The notes below the pieces were generated by a model. That model was not told where the DNA came from and did no database searches. It was given only the letters and a program-made list of their open reading frames with translations. From the NCBI GenBank assembly GCA_964479625.1, contig CAYZMS010000001.1, forward strand, positions 1,442-65,441: DNA of 64,000 nucleotides, written 5' to 3'. Positions 53,981 to 64,000 of this stretch are shown here, piece by piece. Positions within the stretch are counted from its first letter, which is position 1; each line of letters starts with the position of its first letter. The stretch is from an uncultured Saprospiraceae bacterium (GTDB taxonomy: Bacteria > Bacteroidota > Bacteroidia > Chitinophagales > Saprospiraceae). The translations under genes were made by a program, and so were the position numbers.

Positions 53981-54736
53981 TTAAGCGTCTGCATCTGCTG
54001 AGAAAACGGCAGATAAATACTCCCGATTCATCCGGGCAATGTGTTCTACAGAGATGCCCTTCGGACATTCCGCCTCACAAGCGGTGATGTTGGAACAGTT
54101 CCCGAAACCTTCCAAATCCATTTGCTTTACCATTTTCTGGGCCCTGCGCTGCGTTTCCACCTTACCCTGTGGTAATACGGCCAAATGGGAAACCTTGGCT
54201 CCCACAAATAACATAGCCGAGGCATTGGGGCAGGCCGCTACGCAGGCACCGCAGCCAATACACTGAGCGGCATCCATAGCTTCTGCGGCGACATCTTTTT
54301 CGATCGGAATAGCGTTGCCATCCTGTGCCTGACCAGTATTGACAGACACGTAGCCGCCCGCCTGGATGATCCGGTCAAAGGAGGATCGATCTACTACCAG
54401 GTCACGGACTACAGGAAAGGCTTTTGCCCGGAATGGTTCGATGGTGATGGTTTGTCCGTCTTTGAAATGCCGCATGTGCAACTGGCAGGCTGTGGTACCC
54501 TGCATCAACCCATGAGGGTGACCGTCGATCACCATGCTACAGGTTCCGCAAATACCCTCCCGGCAGTCATGGTCGAAATAAACCGGGGTCTCTTTTTCGT
54601 GGATGAGCTGCTCATTGAGCACGTCCAGCATTTCCAGAAAGGACATGTGTTCGCTGACATTGTCCAGTTGATAAGTTTCGAATTTACCTTTTTTATATTC
54701 TCCGCCTTGGCGCCAGATTTTTAGTGTGAGTTTCAT
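53981..54736 (-). CDS. sdhB: Succinate dehydrogenase/fumarate reductase iron-sulfur subunit
   Basis: 251 aa with Cys clusters [23 protein letters not shown] and [12 protein letters not shown]. Confidence 0.95.
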   Translation of the reverse strand: MKLTLKIWRQGGEYKKGKFETYQLDNVSEHMSFLEMLDVLNEQLIHEKETPVYFDHDCREGICGTCSMVIDGHPHGLMQGTTACQLHMRHFKDGQTITIEPFRAKAFPVVRDLVVDRSSFDRIIQAGGYVSVNTGQAQDGNAIPIEKDVAAEAMDAAQCIGCGACVAACPNASAMLFVGAKVSHLAVLPQGKVETQRRAQKMVKQMDLEGFGNCSNITACEAECPKGISVEHIARMNREYLSAVFSADADA

Positions 54737-54773
54737 GGTTAAGTATTTAGTATTCAGTACTAAGTACTGAGTT

Positions 54774-56774
54774 CTATTTATACGATCGCGTTTTCAATTC
54801 TACATTTTCGAATTCCAGTTCCTCTTTGTGAAGGATCGGTTCCTGGTCAGGACCGGGATAAGCCCATGCCGAAACATAGGCGTAATGCTCATCATCGCGT
54901 AATGCTTCGCCGTTTTCGGTTTGATATTCTTCACGGAAGTGACCGCCGCAGGATTCGTTGCGATCCAGGGCGTCTACCATCATGAGCTCGCCAAGTTCCA
55001 TATAGTCGGCTACCCGGAGGGCTTTTTCCAGTTCCGGGTTGTACTCGTTGGCCTGCCCGGGAACAAATACGTCCCTGTAGAACTCTTCCCGGAGCTCCTG
55101 GATCATTTTACGAGCTTTCTTTAACCCTTCTGCGTTACGAGACATACCGCAGTATTCCCAAACGATCTTGCCCAGTCTGCGGTGGAAGCTTTCTACGGAT
55201 TGATTTCCTTTTACAGCCATAAACTGATCAATTCGCGTTTGAACATCACGCTCAGCTTGCTCAAATGCTTCCTGGTCAGGATTGATTTTGGGGGTACGGA
55301 TCTCTTCTGAGAGGAATTGTCCGATGGTATAAGGAATAACAAAGTAACCATCCGCAAGTCCCTGCATCAGGGCCGAAGCTCCCAGACGGTTTGCTCCGTG
55401 ATCGGAAAAGTTGCATTCCCCCAGGGCAAAAAGGCCGGGGATATTGGTTTCGAGATTGTAATCCACCCATAGGCCACCCATAGTGTAATGCACAGCGGGG
55501 TAGATCATCATTGGAGTAGTATAGGGGTCCTCTCCTTTGATCTTCTCGTACATTTCGAACAGATTACCGTACTTCTCTGAAATTACTTCGCGGCCAAGGC
55601 GGGTAATGGTTGCATCATCCGGGTTCGCAATACCCTCCGACCTTGCTCTGGATTCTCCGTAACGTTCAATGGCGGAGGCAAAATCCAGGTATACCGCTAA
55701 TCCGGTAGGGGCAACGCCGAGGCCATCGTCACAAACCACCTTGGCCGCTCTGGAGGCGACATCCCGTGGGACGAGATTGCCAAAAGCAGGGTAGCGGCGT
55801 TCCAGGTAGTAATCCCGGTCTTCTTCCTTGATATCATTGGCGGTTTTTCGACCTTCACGGATCGCCTGAGCATCTTCTTTGTGCTTTGGGACCCATACCC
55901 GTCCGTCGTTCCTTAGGGATTCGGACATCAAGGTCAATTTCGATTGATAATCTCCCGAAACGGGGATACAGGTCGGGTGAATTTGCGTAAAACAAGGATT
56001 GGCCATCAATGCTCCTCGCCGTACTGCACGCCAGGCAGCAGAGCTGTTGGAGCTCATGGCATTGGTGGAGAGGTAGAACACATTCCCGTAACCTCCGGTA
56101 GCAAGAACTACGCAGTGGGCCGCGTGTCGTTCCAACTTCCCATTCAGCAGGTTTCTGGCGATAATGCCACGGGCTTTTCCATCTAATAGAACGACATCTA
56201 GCATTTCATGCCGGTTGAAGAGTTCCACATTGCCAAGGGATACCTGCCGGGACAGCCCCTGGTAAGCGCCAAGCAATAACTGCTGCCCTGTCTGACCGCG
56301 GGCATAAAAGGTGCGACTTACCTGTACCCCTCCAAAGGAACGGTTGGCCAAAAGCCCGCCGTATTCGCGGGCAAAGGGTACCCCCTGGGCAACTGCCTGA
56401 TCAATTATATTAGTACTGACCTCCGCCAGCCGGTATACATTGCCTTCACGGGAGCGGTAATCTCCTCCTTTTATGGTATCATAGAACAGCCGATAAACAC
56501 TATCCCCGTCATTTTGATAGTTCTTGGCAGCATTGATCCCCCCCTGAGCAGCAATGGAGTGTGCCCGGCGAGGACTATCGTGAAAGGTGAATACTTTTAC
56601 ATTGTATCCCAGCTCACCAAGGGTAGAGGCAGCTGAAGCACCTGCCAAACCAGTGCCCACAACGATGACGTCGATACGCCTTTTGTTGTTGGGTGCTACC
56701 AGGTTCATGGAACCTCGGTAATTAGTCCATTTATCTGAAAGCGGGCTGGGAGGAATTTTCGCATCAAGTTTCAT
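54774..56774 (-). CDS. sdhA: Succinate dehydrogenase/fumarate reductase flavoprotein subunit
   Basis: 666 aa with [14 protein letters not shown] (FAD), [14 protein letters not shown] (covalent-FAD His context) and HYTMGGL. Confidence 0.95.
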   Translation of the reverse strand: MKLDAKIPPSPLSDKWTNYRGSMNLVAPNNKRRIDVIVVGTGLAGASAASTLGELGYNVKVFTFHDSPRRAHSIAAQGGINAAKNYQNDGDSVYRLFYDTIKGGDYRSREGNVYRLAEVSTNIIDQAVAQGVPFAREYGGLLANRSFGGVQVSRTFYARGQTGQQLLLGAYQGLSRQVSLGNVELFNRHEMLDVVLLDGKARGIIARNLLNGKLERHAAHCVVLATGGYGNVFYLSTNAMSSNSSAAWRAVRRGALMANPCFTQIHPTCIPVSGDYQSKLTLMSESLRNDGRVWVPKHKEDAQAIREGRKTANDIKEEDRDYYLERRYPAFGNLVPRDVASRAAKVVCDDGLGVAPTGLAVYLDFASAIERYGESRARSEGIANPDDATITRLGREVISEKYGNLFEMYEKIKGEDPYTTPMMIYPAVHYTMGGLWVDYNLETNIPGLFALGECNFSDHGANRLGASALMQGLADGYFVIPYTIGQFLSEEIRTPKINPDQEAFEQAERDVQTRIDQFMAVKGNQSVESFHRRLGKIVWEYCGMSRNAEGLKKARKMIQELREEFYRDVFVPGQANEYNPELEKALRVADYMELGELMMVDALDRNESCGGHFREEYQTENGEALRDDEHYAYVSAWAYPGPDQEPILHKEELEFENVELKTRSYK

Positions 56775-56819
56775 ATCTGATTATTGGTCGTTTTTCGAAT
56801 ATGGTTTAAGAAAACAGCT

Positions 56820-57572
56820 TTACCACCAGCCCTGAGACTGTCCGAACATGACAATAGGGATAATGGCGAATCCAAGCGGAAGAAGAATGGAAACCAGCTG
56901 CCCCGTTATCCGGATCAAACCGTTGTATTTTTCATGATTGATCCCAAGGGTCTGGAAAGAACTGGCGAATCCATGATTCAGGTGGAAGGCCACAGCTAGC
57001 ATGCTGATGACATAAATAACCACATAGACCGGGTTTGAAAATGCGGCCTTTACAGGGGTGTAGAGGTCCTTAGCCATTATCTCTTTCCCCAGGTAATTGG
57101 CTTCCACATTTGCGGGGAAAACACCCAATTTCATTTGTAGCCAAAACTGCCACATATGGAGCGCAATGAAAATAAAAATGATGGTTCCCAAAGACGCCAT
57201 ATTGCTGGCTGCAAAACCATTCGTGCTGGCCACCCGGTTTACTTTGACGGCATATTTGTTATTACCTCGCGCTACTCGGTTTTGGCGCCAAATGATCCAA
57301 CCCTGAATCGCGTGCAATAAAATGCTAAAATAAAGTAAGTAGGAAATGGCTTTGATCACTGGAAAGTGCGTCATGAAATAGGCATATTCATTGAACTTAT
57401 ATCCCCCATCGGGTATTAAAAGCTTAAGATTACCTATGAGGTGTACTACCAAGAAAGAAACCAGGAATAAGCCCGTAAGGCTCATGACGAGTTTCTTGCC
57501 AATAGAGGAAGTTAGAAAACGTCCAAACCATCCGAAGGCTGGCGCAGGAACAGCTGCGGTTGATTGACTCAT
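56820..57572 (-). CDS. sdhC: Succinate dehydrogenase/fumarate reductase cytochrome b subunit (b558-type, 5 TM)
   Basis: 250 aa polytopic protein with conserved His residues in TM helices, directly upstream of sdhA-sdhB. Confidence 0.88.
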   Translation of the reverse strand: MSQSTAAVPAPAFGWFGRFLTSSIGKKLVMSLTGLFLVSFLVVHLIGNLKLLIPDGGYKFNEYAYFMTHFPVIKAISYLLYFSILLHAIQGWIIWRQNRVARGNNKYAVKVNRVASTNGFAASNMASLGTIIFIFIALHMWQFWLQMKLGVFPANVEANYLGKEIMAKDLYTPVKAAFSNPVYVVIYVISMLAVAFHLNHGFASSFQTLGINHEKYNGLIRITGQLVSILLPLGFAIIPIVMFGQSQGWW

Positions 57573-57669
57573 GGTTTTTTGTTTTATGCTTGTTTGATTC
57601 GTTATTTGACCATTTCTTATCAGTACCTTGGCCGATAGAAAAGGTTCAAAAAAAACCTTATATGCTTAG

Positions 57670-57677
57670 CAAAACTA
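57670..57677 (-). promoter_or_regulatory. Candidate -7 box (TAGTTTTG on the minus strand) for the sdhCAB operon
   Basis: CAAAACTA on the + strand is an exact TAnnTTTG on the minus strand, about 100 nt upstream of the sdhC ATG. Confidence 0.35.
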
Positions 57678-57771
57678 TGAGTAAAAGCTTATAACCCCAA
57701 CGGAAGTTTTGTTTTACTTTTTCTTTACAGATTATTTAGAATCAATTCAAATAAGGTCAAAATTACCATTT

Positions 57772-58278
57772 ATGGACAACCAGCCCTCGGGTCGTTTTGC
57801 GTTATTTCTCCGATTTTTTCCGGTCCTCCCCCTTCCTCAGCAACTCACCGAGGAAGGCCAGGTAGATTTTTCCAAGGGTAACGAGATCCTGCCAGGTGAT
57901 CTGATCGAAGCCTTTATCTTGCCAGCTGAAGAGGAAAATCCTGATGACCTGACGGAATTTGTCCCCTGCTTTCAAATTGGAGAAACCAAGGATTTCCATG
58001 CGGTCATTTATTGGAAGGCGGAGCTTATGAGCTATCAATACAGGCTGGTAACCTATGATCATCAGGGAAAAATCATTACTAGCCGGGTAATTGCAGGAAC
58101 TTATTCAGATGGGGAAACGTTAATACAATCAATGGCTATTATAGAACCCGACTGGGAAATCATTGTGGTTTCCGGTGCTAAAACAAAAGCCGATCCTGCC
58201 TTTGACGCATCCACCAGCACAACGTACAGCCTGGAGCTCCTTCCGGATGGGAAAATTATCAATCAAATTTTCGAATGA
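57772..58278 (+). CDS. Hypothetical protein (168 aa)
   Basis: ORF from ATG 57772 (MDNQPSGRF...). The track start at 57709 is TTG. No recognisable motifs. Confidence 0.5.
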   Translation: MDNQPSGRFALFLRFFPVLPLPQQLTEEGQVDFSKGNEILPGDLIEAFILPAEEENPDDLTEFVPCFQIGETKDFHAVIYWKAELMSYQYRLVTYDHQGKIITSRVIAGTYSDGETLIQSMAIIEPDWEIIVVSGAKTKADPAFDASTSTTYSLELLPDGKIINQIFE

Positions 58279-58338
58279 AAAACGAGTATTTATCGAGTAG
58301 CAAAATGCTAGCTTAAAGAAGTGCTTTAAACAAAAACA

Positions 58339-60546
58339 ATGTTCAAAAAAACCAAACAAAAAATAAAAGGTAAAAAACTAAGCTCCAAGCAACTCCAATC
58401 GGCCATCCTGAAGCTGTTTCGTAGGCATTCTAAAAATCGAATGAATCCCAAGCAGGTTGCAGCAAAGCTTAAAGTAAGTAATAATCGGGATTCGGTTCAA
58501 TATGCTATTGAGCAACTGGTAGAACAACGCCTGCTGGAAACGGTGGGTTCTCATCAGTACAAGGTGAGCTCTCGGGCTTTTGATCAGCATTCGGGGGGAA
58601 ATGGCCAATCCGGTCGGGCGGAACTGGAGGGCATAGTCGACATGACCCGAACCGGTTCAGGCTATGTTGTGGTGGAAGGCCGGGATGAAGATATACACGT
58701 GGCAGCTAAGAACATGAATACGGCCCAACATGGCGACAAGGTCAAAATCCGAACCTGGACTCCACGGGGAAGGCGCCGTCCCGAAGGAGAGGTTATCGAA
58801 GTGCTCGAACGGGCAACCATGCATTATATCGGCACCTATTTCCAATATGCCAGAAATGGCCAGGTCGTAACGGGGGGAAGAGGAGCCCTGGATATACACA
58901 TCAAGTTTGAAGATGCCAAAGGTGCCGTCGAGGGGGATAAGGTAGTCGCTCAAATCACCGGCTGGTCAAAAGACCGCGAACCTACCGCTTTTGGAAAGAT
59001 CACCGCCGTCCTGGGGCAGGCCGGAAGCAATGAGGTCGAAATGCAATCCATTTTGATCAGCAATGGCTTCCAACTGGAATTCAATGCTGATACCCTGGCG
59101 GAGTCAGAAGCTCTACCTGAAACGATCTCAAAGGAAGAAATTGAAAACCGCCTGGATATTCGGAATATCACCACCTTCACCATTGACCCCGATACAGCCA
59201 AGGATTTTGACGATGCCCTTTCCCTGCGTTGGCTGGATAAGGGGGAATATGAAATCGGGGTGCATATTGCGGATGTGACGCATTATTTGCGGCCAGACAC
59301 CGCCCTGGATAAGGAAGCCCTGGAACGTTCTACCTCAGTCTACTTGGTTGACCGGGTGCTACCCATGCTTCCTGAAAAATTGTCCAACCACCTTTGTTCC
59401 CTAATCCCTCATGAAGATCGTTTGGCTTTTTCAGCCATCTTTACCTTCGATACGTCCGATGTGATCAAAAAGCGTTGGTTCGGGCGAACGATCATCCATT
59501 CCGATCGCCGCTTCACTTATGAAGAAGCACAGGAGGTGCTGGATACGAAAGAAGGGGAATTTGTAAATGAACTGCAAGAACTCAACAGGGTGGCCAAGGT
59601 TCTTCGGAAGCGGCGTTTTCGAAAGGGCTCAATTGATTTCGACTCCGATGAGGTGAAATTCAAATTGGATGAGAATGGAGTCCCGGTAGAGGTCTACCTC
59701 AAAGAGCGTAAGGAGACCCATATGTTGATCGAGGATTTCATGTTGCTGGCAAACCGTGAGGTTGCTACTTACATCCTTAAGAAAGGAGAACGCGAGGAAG
59801 AGATCCCTTTTGTCTATCGTGTTCATGATGAACCCGACCCTGAAAAGGTAGAGAACTTTGCCGCCTTCGCCCGGGAGATGGGGCTTGACCTTGATGTCAG
59901 TACCCCAGGCAAGATCGCCACTGCTTACAATCGCATGGCGGAAGCAATTGAAAAGAAACCTCGTCTTTCCATACTCGAACCCATCGCCATTCGTACCATG
60001 GCAAAAGCTATTTATACGACAGAGAATATCGGCCACTATGGCCTGGGCTTTGATAATTACACCCACTTTACCTCTCCCATTCGGCGTTATGCTGATGTTT
60101 TAGTGCACCGCCTTCTGCACCTTAACTTGATCGGGTCCCACCGGGAAGACAAGGCTGCCCTGGAGGAAAAATGTGGCCATATTTCCCGACAGGAACGACG
60201 GGCTATGGATGCAGAAAGGGAATCGGTGAAGTATAAGCAGGTGGAATATATGTCCAACCATATCGGAGAGGTTTTCCCCGGGATCATTAACGGCATTATC
60301 GATCGTGGCTTTTTCGTGGAGCTGACCGAAAGCCGCTGCGAAGGCATGGTTGGCTTCGACACCATGGACGAACCCTTCGAAGTAGAAGAGGGGCGCCTGC
60401 GCATGCGCGGCCGCATTACCGGTCAGGAACTTCGAATGGGGCAGGAGATACTCGTGCAGATCGTGCGTACGGATCTGCTTAAGCGACAGATCGAAATGGT
60501 GAAAGTAGAAGAAGCCGAAGATAAGAGCGCAAGGGTGTTTGAATAA
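58339..60546 (+). CDS. rnr: Ribonuclease R
   Basis: 735 aa with an N-terminal HTH/cold-shock-like region, an RNB domain (TIDPDTAKDFDDALS, VYLVDRVLPMLPEKLSN, HYGLGFDNYTHFTSPIRRYADVLVHR) and a C-terminal S1 domain. Confidence 0.95.
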   Translation: MFKKTKQKIKGKKLSSKQLQSAILKLFRRHSKNRMNPKQVAAKLKVSNNRDSVQYAIEQLVEQRLLETVGSHQYKVSSRAFDQHSGGNGQSGRAELEGIVDMTRTGSGYVVVEGRDEDIHVAAKNMNTAQHGDKVKIRTWTPRGRRRPEGEVIEVLERATMHYIGTYFQYARNGQVVTGGRGALDIHIKFEDAKGAVEGDKVVAQITGWSKDREPTAFGKITAVLGQAGSNEVEMQSILISNGFQLEFNADTLAESEALPETISKEEIENRLDIRNITTFTIDPDTAKDFDDALSLRWLDKGEYEIGVHIADVTHYLRPDTALDKEALERSTSVYLVDRVLPMLPEKLSNHLCSLIPHEDRLAFSAIFTFDTSDVIKKRWFGRTIIHSDRRFTYEEAQEVLDTKEGEFVNELQELNRVAKVLRKRRFRKGSIDFDSDEVKFKLDENGVPVEVYLKERKETHMLIEDFMLLANREVATYILKKGEREEEIPFVYRVHDEPDPEKVENFAAFAREMGLDLDVSTPGKIATAYNRMAEAIEKKPRLSILEPIAIRTMAKAIYTTENIGHYGLGFDNYTHFTSPIRRYADVLVHRLLHLNLIGSHREDKAALEEKCGHISRQERRAMDAERESVKYKQVEYMSNHIGEVFPGIINGIIDRGFFVELTESRCEGMVGFDTMDEPFEVEEGRLRMRGRITGQELRMGQEILVQIVRTDLLKRQIEMVKVEEAEDKSARVFE

Positions 60547-60551
60547 AAAAA

Positions 60552-60585
60552 GAGCGCCGACTCTGTTGAATCGGCGCCCCTTTTG
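60552..60585 (+). terminator. Rho-independent terminator after rnr
   Basis: gcgccga / tcggcgc stem followed by cccctttt, 6 nt after the stop. Confidence 0.6.
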
Positions 60586-60908
60586 CATTGAAGGAAAACT
60601 CGGTGTTAGATCACTTCGTGTTGGTCATTTGCTATTAAGACCCGGCGAGTTACCAAAATGCTGCCTGAGGGATAAAAAAAATTCAATAACCTCCTCAAAT
60701 AATAAAAGCTGGACCGAGCTTTGTGATTCGGACTTAGCAATCGACCGAAGGTAAAGCCCGCCCGTCCAAATAAAAAGAACGGTGGGAAGAATGGACTGCC
60801 AACCGATTTGCAAGGGAAATCAAATCTTCACCACCCAGATCAAAGGTTTTGACCTGGAAGCGGTCATTAAGGATGAATAGGGTAGCGAAGTTTTGAAACG
60901 CCCCGATT

Positions 60909-61592
60909 TTAGCCAATAAATTTATAGCCCACACCCCGGACACTCAAAAAAAACTCTGGATTCCGGGGATCCTTTTCAAAATACTTTCGAAAAGAAAGAA
61001 TGAAGTTGTCAATAGTCCGGGTAGAAGGGTATACATCATAACCCCAGACGCTCTGAAGGATTTGTTGCCTGGATACCACTTCTCCTTTTCGATCTATCAA
61101 TAACTTCAACAGCATGGCTTCCTTCTTGGTAAGGGTAAAATGCCCGGGATTGCCCTCTGCTTCATAAGTGCGAAAGTCGATCTGATTGTCTCCAAACTGA
61201 TACCATTCGGTATTGGAGTCTTCTTTCTTGCTGGTCCGCTTTATAAGGTTGTTAACCCGCAGTAACAACTCCTCTAAGACGAAAGGCTTGGTCAGGTAAT
61301 CGTCGGCACCGCGCTTCAGACCGGCAATACGATCGGTAGAGGTGTCTTTTGCCGTCAAAAAAATGATGGGGACCTCCATATTGGTCAAACGGATCTGCTC
61401 ACAAACCTGGTAGCCATCTACTTCGGGTAACATGATATCGAGGATGATCAGGTCAAAATGCTGTTCCCTGAAGTGTTTGGTGGCTTCCTTTCCATCCTTG
61501 GCAGTAACCACTTCATACTCCTCCATTTCAAGATTTAACTTGACGGCTTCACGTATATTTTCTTCGTCTTCGACTAACAGGATACGGAACAT
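60909..61592 (-). CDS. OmpR/PhoB-family response regulator
   Basis: 227 aa with receiver ILLVEDEENI...DLIILDIMLPEVDG and a winged-helix C-terminus (...VRGVGYKF). Confidence 0.92.
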   Translation of the reverse strand: MFRILLVEDEENIREAVKLNLEMEEYEVVTAKDGKEATKHFREQHFDLIILDIMLPEVDGYQVCEQIRLTNMEVPIIFLTAKDTSTDRIAGLKRGADDYLTKPFVLEELLLRVNNLIKRTSKKEDSNTEWYQFGDNQIDFRTYEAEGNPGHFTLTKKEAMLLKLLIDRKGEVVSRQQILQSVWGYDVYPSTRTIDNFILSFRKYFEKDPRNPEFFLSVRGVGYKFIG

Positions 61593-61603
61593 GTTATGGG
61601 ATT

Positions 61604-62656
61604 TTAAACTTCTAATGGCTGGGGAACGAGATTTGCTTTTTTACTTTCTTGCATTGGAAATTTAATGGTAAACACGGTTCCGGCGGGTTTGTTATCCTGC
61701 ACTGTAATTTTTCCGTCATGGGCCAGTACAATTTGGTGTACGATATATAATCCCAGCCCTGTCCCTTTGGTCCGTCGGACATTTTCATTGCCAACCCGGT
61801 AAAATTTATCAAAAATGCGCTTTTTTTCTTTTTTGGGAATTCCCAAACCCTGATCAGCAACGCAAAGTACAACCTGATGGGTTTCTCTTTTTAGTTGAAC
61901 CTGTATAGCCGCAAGGTCGGGGGCAGGGGAGTACTTTACTGCATTTTCGAGTAAATTTAGAATGATGGAGGTGATCCCGTTGACATCCCCGTTGAATAGT
62001 GGTAGGTCATCACTGCACTCAAAGCGAATGGAAGCCTTGGGATGTTTGTCTTGCATGTAATCGACTTGCTCCCGTATGAGTTCCTGAAGGTTTAGGGATT
62101 CGAACTGGGGTTCGTAGGCGGTTTCCAGCCGGGCAGACAACAATAAGTCATTTACAAGGCGGTGGAGTCGTTCGGTATCGCCCAAACTGTTTTGCAGGAG
62201 TTTCTCGCGCTGTTCGGTTCTAAGATTACTACGCCGGAGGAGGGTTTCCAAAACCAAACGGATCGCTGCGATAGGTGATTTCAACTCATGGGTGATCGAA
62301 AGGAGGAAATTGCGCCGCTGCTGGGCAGCCCGCATTTCCCGGAGATAACCCCGGTTGATCAAGTACATACCAATGAGCAGGATAATGGTAAATACGATCA
62401 CCTCTCCGAAGATCATTTCCTCCTGGCGGAGGTACTGTGCTTTCAATGCTTTATACCGCGGATGGTTCTCAAAGTTTGCGGCATCAACTGGTATCCCCTC
62501 GGCTACCATCCCGATGCGCAGTAACTCCCGCTTGGCCTGAAAGGCATCTTGGTTTTTGGTGTACAGCAAGACGGACCACCATCCGAAGGCCATCAACATG
62601 TAGGCAATGACCACATAGGAAAGCAAGCGAAGCCGAAGGTTAGGCGTCGAATCCAT
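61604..62656 (-). CDS. Sensor histidine kinase (2 TM, HisKA + HATPase_c)
   Basis: 350 aa with H-box SITHELKSPIAAI, N-box LLENAVKYS and G-boxes DQGLGI and GTGLGLYIV. Lies 11 nt upstream of the regulator. Confidence 0.92.
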   Translation of the reverse strand: MDSTPNLRLRLLSYVVIAYMLMAFGWWSVLLYTKNQDAFQAKRELLRIGMVAEGIPVDAANFENHPRYKALKAQYLRQEEMIFGEVIVFTIILLIGMYLINRGYLREMRAAQQRRNFLLSITHELKSPIAAIRLVLETLLRRSNLRTEQREKLLQNSLGDTERLHRLVNDLLLSARLETAYEPQFESLNLQELIREQVDYMQDKHPKASIRFECSDDLPLFNGDVNGITSIILNLLENAVKYSPAPDLAAIQVQLKRETHQVVLCVADQGLGIPKKEKKRIFDKFYRVGNENVRRTKGTGLGLYIVHQIVLAHDGKITVQDNKPAGTVFTIKFPMQESKKANLVPQPLEV

Positions 62657-62810
62657 AATTAAAGGGTCTTAATAAATTCGTCTATTCTGAAAACAGCAAT
62701 AGCTGATTTAGGTTAAGTTAGTTCCGCAATCTTTTTTTACCATTATACTGATTTTTGTTTTGGAGGCAATAAGTGATTGGTTTTGAACGTATTCGTTCCC
62801 CACTCCATGC

Positions 62811-64000
62811 TCATGAGGGAAAACACACCTCCAGTGCTTCTTCCATTAAACCGGTAGCTTCTTCCAAATCAGCTTGGGTGTGAGCAGCAGACACAAAGCC
62901 CACCTCATAACCGGATGGCCCCAGGTAAACCCCTCTCATCAATAATTCGTGGTGCAGGGTCTTGAACAGCTCCATACTGGCCGGGTCGATCTGATCTGCT
63001 CGCATGATCCGTTGGTTCGAAAAAGCCAGCCAGAAGATGGAACCTATCTGTTGTAAGTGAAAAGGCAGGCCTTTTCGATCTGCGAAAGTCTGCAAGCGCC
63101 CTGCCAGGTAATTGGTCTTTTCTTCCAGCGCTTCGTAAAATCCAGGTTTTAAAAGCTCCCGTACGGTGGCAAGGCCGGCAGCCATGGCAACGGGGTTGGC
63201 AGAAAGGGTGCCCGCCTGGTAAACCGGTCCTTCCGGAGCTATATGGCTCATGATATCCCTGCTACCTGCATAGGCACCTACCGGCATCCCCCCGCCAATG
63301 ATCTTTCCATAGGTAAGAATGTCCGGTTGGATGCCATAATACCCAGCGGCACCTTCGAAACCCACTCGGAAACCAGAAATCACTTCATCGAAAATTAGCA
63401 GTACATCGTATTTCCAGGCTTTTATCCGCAGACACTCTAAAAAGGAAGGGTCCTGCAGGAGTAAACCGTTATTGGCCGGAATGGGTTCGACTATGATGCA
63501 GGCTATGTCATCGGCATATTTTTGCAAGGTATTGTCAAGCGCTTTACGATCATTGAGGGGTAAAACGATGGTTTCCCTAGCAAAGGGTTCCGGGATACCT
63601 GCAGAGGTGCTCACCCCAAAAGTAGCTAAACCCGAACCTGCCTTTACCAGCAGGGAGTCTACGTGCCCGTGGTAACAGCCTTCAAACTTGATCACCTTGC
63701 TTTTACCCGTTATTCCGCGGGCAAGGCGAAGGGCTGACATTACCGCCTCGGTCCCCGAGCTCACAAAGCGCATACGTTCAATAAAACGATGGTTGTCAAT
63801 AATAGCAGCTCCCAACTCATTGCCCAGACGGGTGGGAGTGCCAAATGAGGTTCCCTTTGACACCGTATTAACGATCATTTCCCGAACAGCCGCATGATTG
63901 TGGCCGAGGATCAAAGGACCCCAGCTACAACAAAAATCAATGAACTGATTGTCGTCCTCATCCGTGATCCGGCTGCCATTGCCTTCTTTGACAAAAAGAG
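62811..64000 (-). CDS. hemL: Glutamate-1-semialdehyde 2,1-aminomutase (5' end beyond the window)
   Basis: SWGPLILGHNHAAV, VSSGTEAVMSALRLARG, DEVISGFRV and GKIIGGGMPVGAY (PLP Lys). The frame stays open to base 64000 (...LFVKEGNGSRITDEDDNQFIDFCCSWGP...), so the track start at 63914 (TTG) is internal. Confidence 0.93.
   Translation of the reverse strand, partial: LFVKEGNGSRITDEDDNQFIDFCCSWGPLILGHNHAAVREMIVNTVSKGTSFGTPTRLGNELGAAIIDNHRFIERMRFVSSGTEAVMSALRLARGITGKSKVIKFEGCYHGHVDSLLVKAGSGLATFGVSTSAGIPEPFARETIVLPLNDRKALDNTLQKYADDIACIIVEPIPANNGLLLQDPSFLECLRIKAWKYDVLLIFDEVISGFRVGFEGAAGYYGIQPDILTYGKIIGGGMPVGAYAGSRDIMSHIAPEGPVYQAGTLSANPVAMAAGLATVRELLKPGFYEALEEKTNYLAGRLQTFADRKGLPFHLQQIGSIFWLAFSNQRIMRADQIDPASMELFKTLHHELLMRGVYLGPSGYEVGFVSAAHTQADLEEATGLMEEALEVCFPS

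Noticed and set aside
1-64000. Search for mobile elements, prophage, integrase/transposase, tRNA or rRNA genes
   Set aside because: None of the ORF translations shows DDE, tyrosine or serine recombinase or phage structural motifs. No cloverleaf-like or rRNA-like segments were noticed in the intergenic regions. A tRNAscan/Infernal run would be needed to be certain.

Overview
This 64-kb chromosomal segment reads as a Bacteroidota genome. The evidence is several type IX secretion (T9SS) C-terminal sorting domains, a PorP/SprF gene, CarboxypepD_reg-type TonB-dependent receptors and TAnnTTTG-type -7 promoter boxes. The supplied ORF track translates TTG and GTG starts as M, so several 5' ends were re-called by hand.

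Most of the window is core metabolism:
- heme uptake/utilisation operon hmuT-hmuU-hmuV-hemS-TonB receptor (208-6184)
- rpe, a second TonB-type receptor, and rpsP
- a fused trehalose-6-P synthase/phosphatase
- PhoD-like phosphatase and a GT9 glycosyltransferase
- tetR-alkB-GMC oxidoreductase module, and pnuC
- complete nqrABCDEF (40701-47303)
- a Pat-like acyl-CoA synthetase/GNAT fusion
- sdhCAB (53981-57572), rnr, a histidine kinase/response regulator pair, and hemL (truncated by the window end)

The accessory-looking part lies at about 15-36 kb:
- a translationally coupled ECF sigma and membrane-protein pair, divergent from a 2,122-aa T9SS cargo (subtilase + Fn3 + Cys-rich module + 11 SprB-type repeats + 2 GEVED modules + CTD)
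- a second T9SS cargo
- a highly charged repeat protein
- several orphan hypotheticals
- a PorP/SprF plus PorE-like (TPR / beta-propeller / CRD / OmpA / DUF1573-like) gene pair

I recognised no rRNA, tRNA, CRISPR array, transposase, integrase or prophage genes. I did not find a convincing self-contained novel multi-gene system. The best leads are:
- the sigma/anti-sigma-like pair next to the giant protease-adhesin
- the PorP/PorE-like pair with an extra C-terminal domain
- an NqrA with a signal-peptide + TM N-terminal extension
- a rubredoxin-less tetR-alkB-alkJ-like module
- a promoter-plus-double-hairpin noncoding element at about 10.94-11.11 kb

All family assignments come from motif recognition by eye. 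No database search was run.
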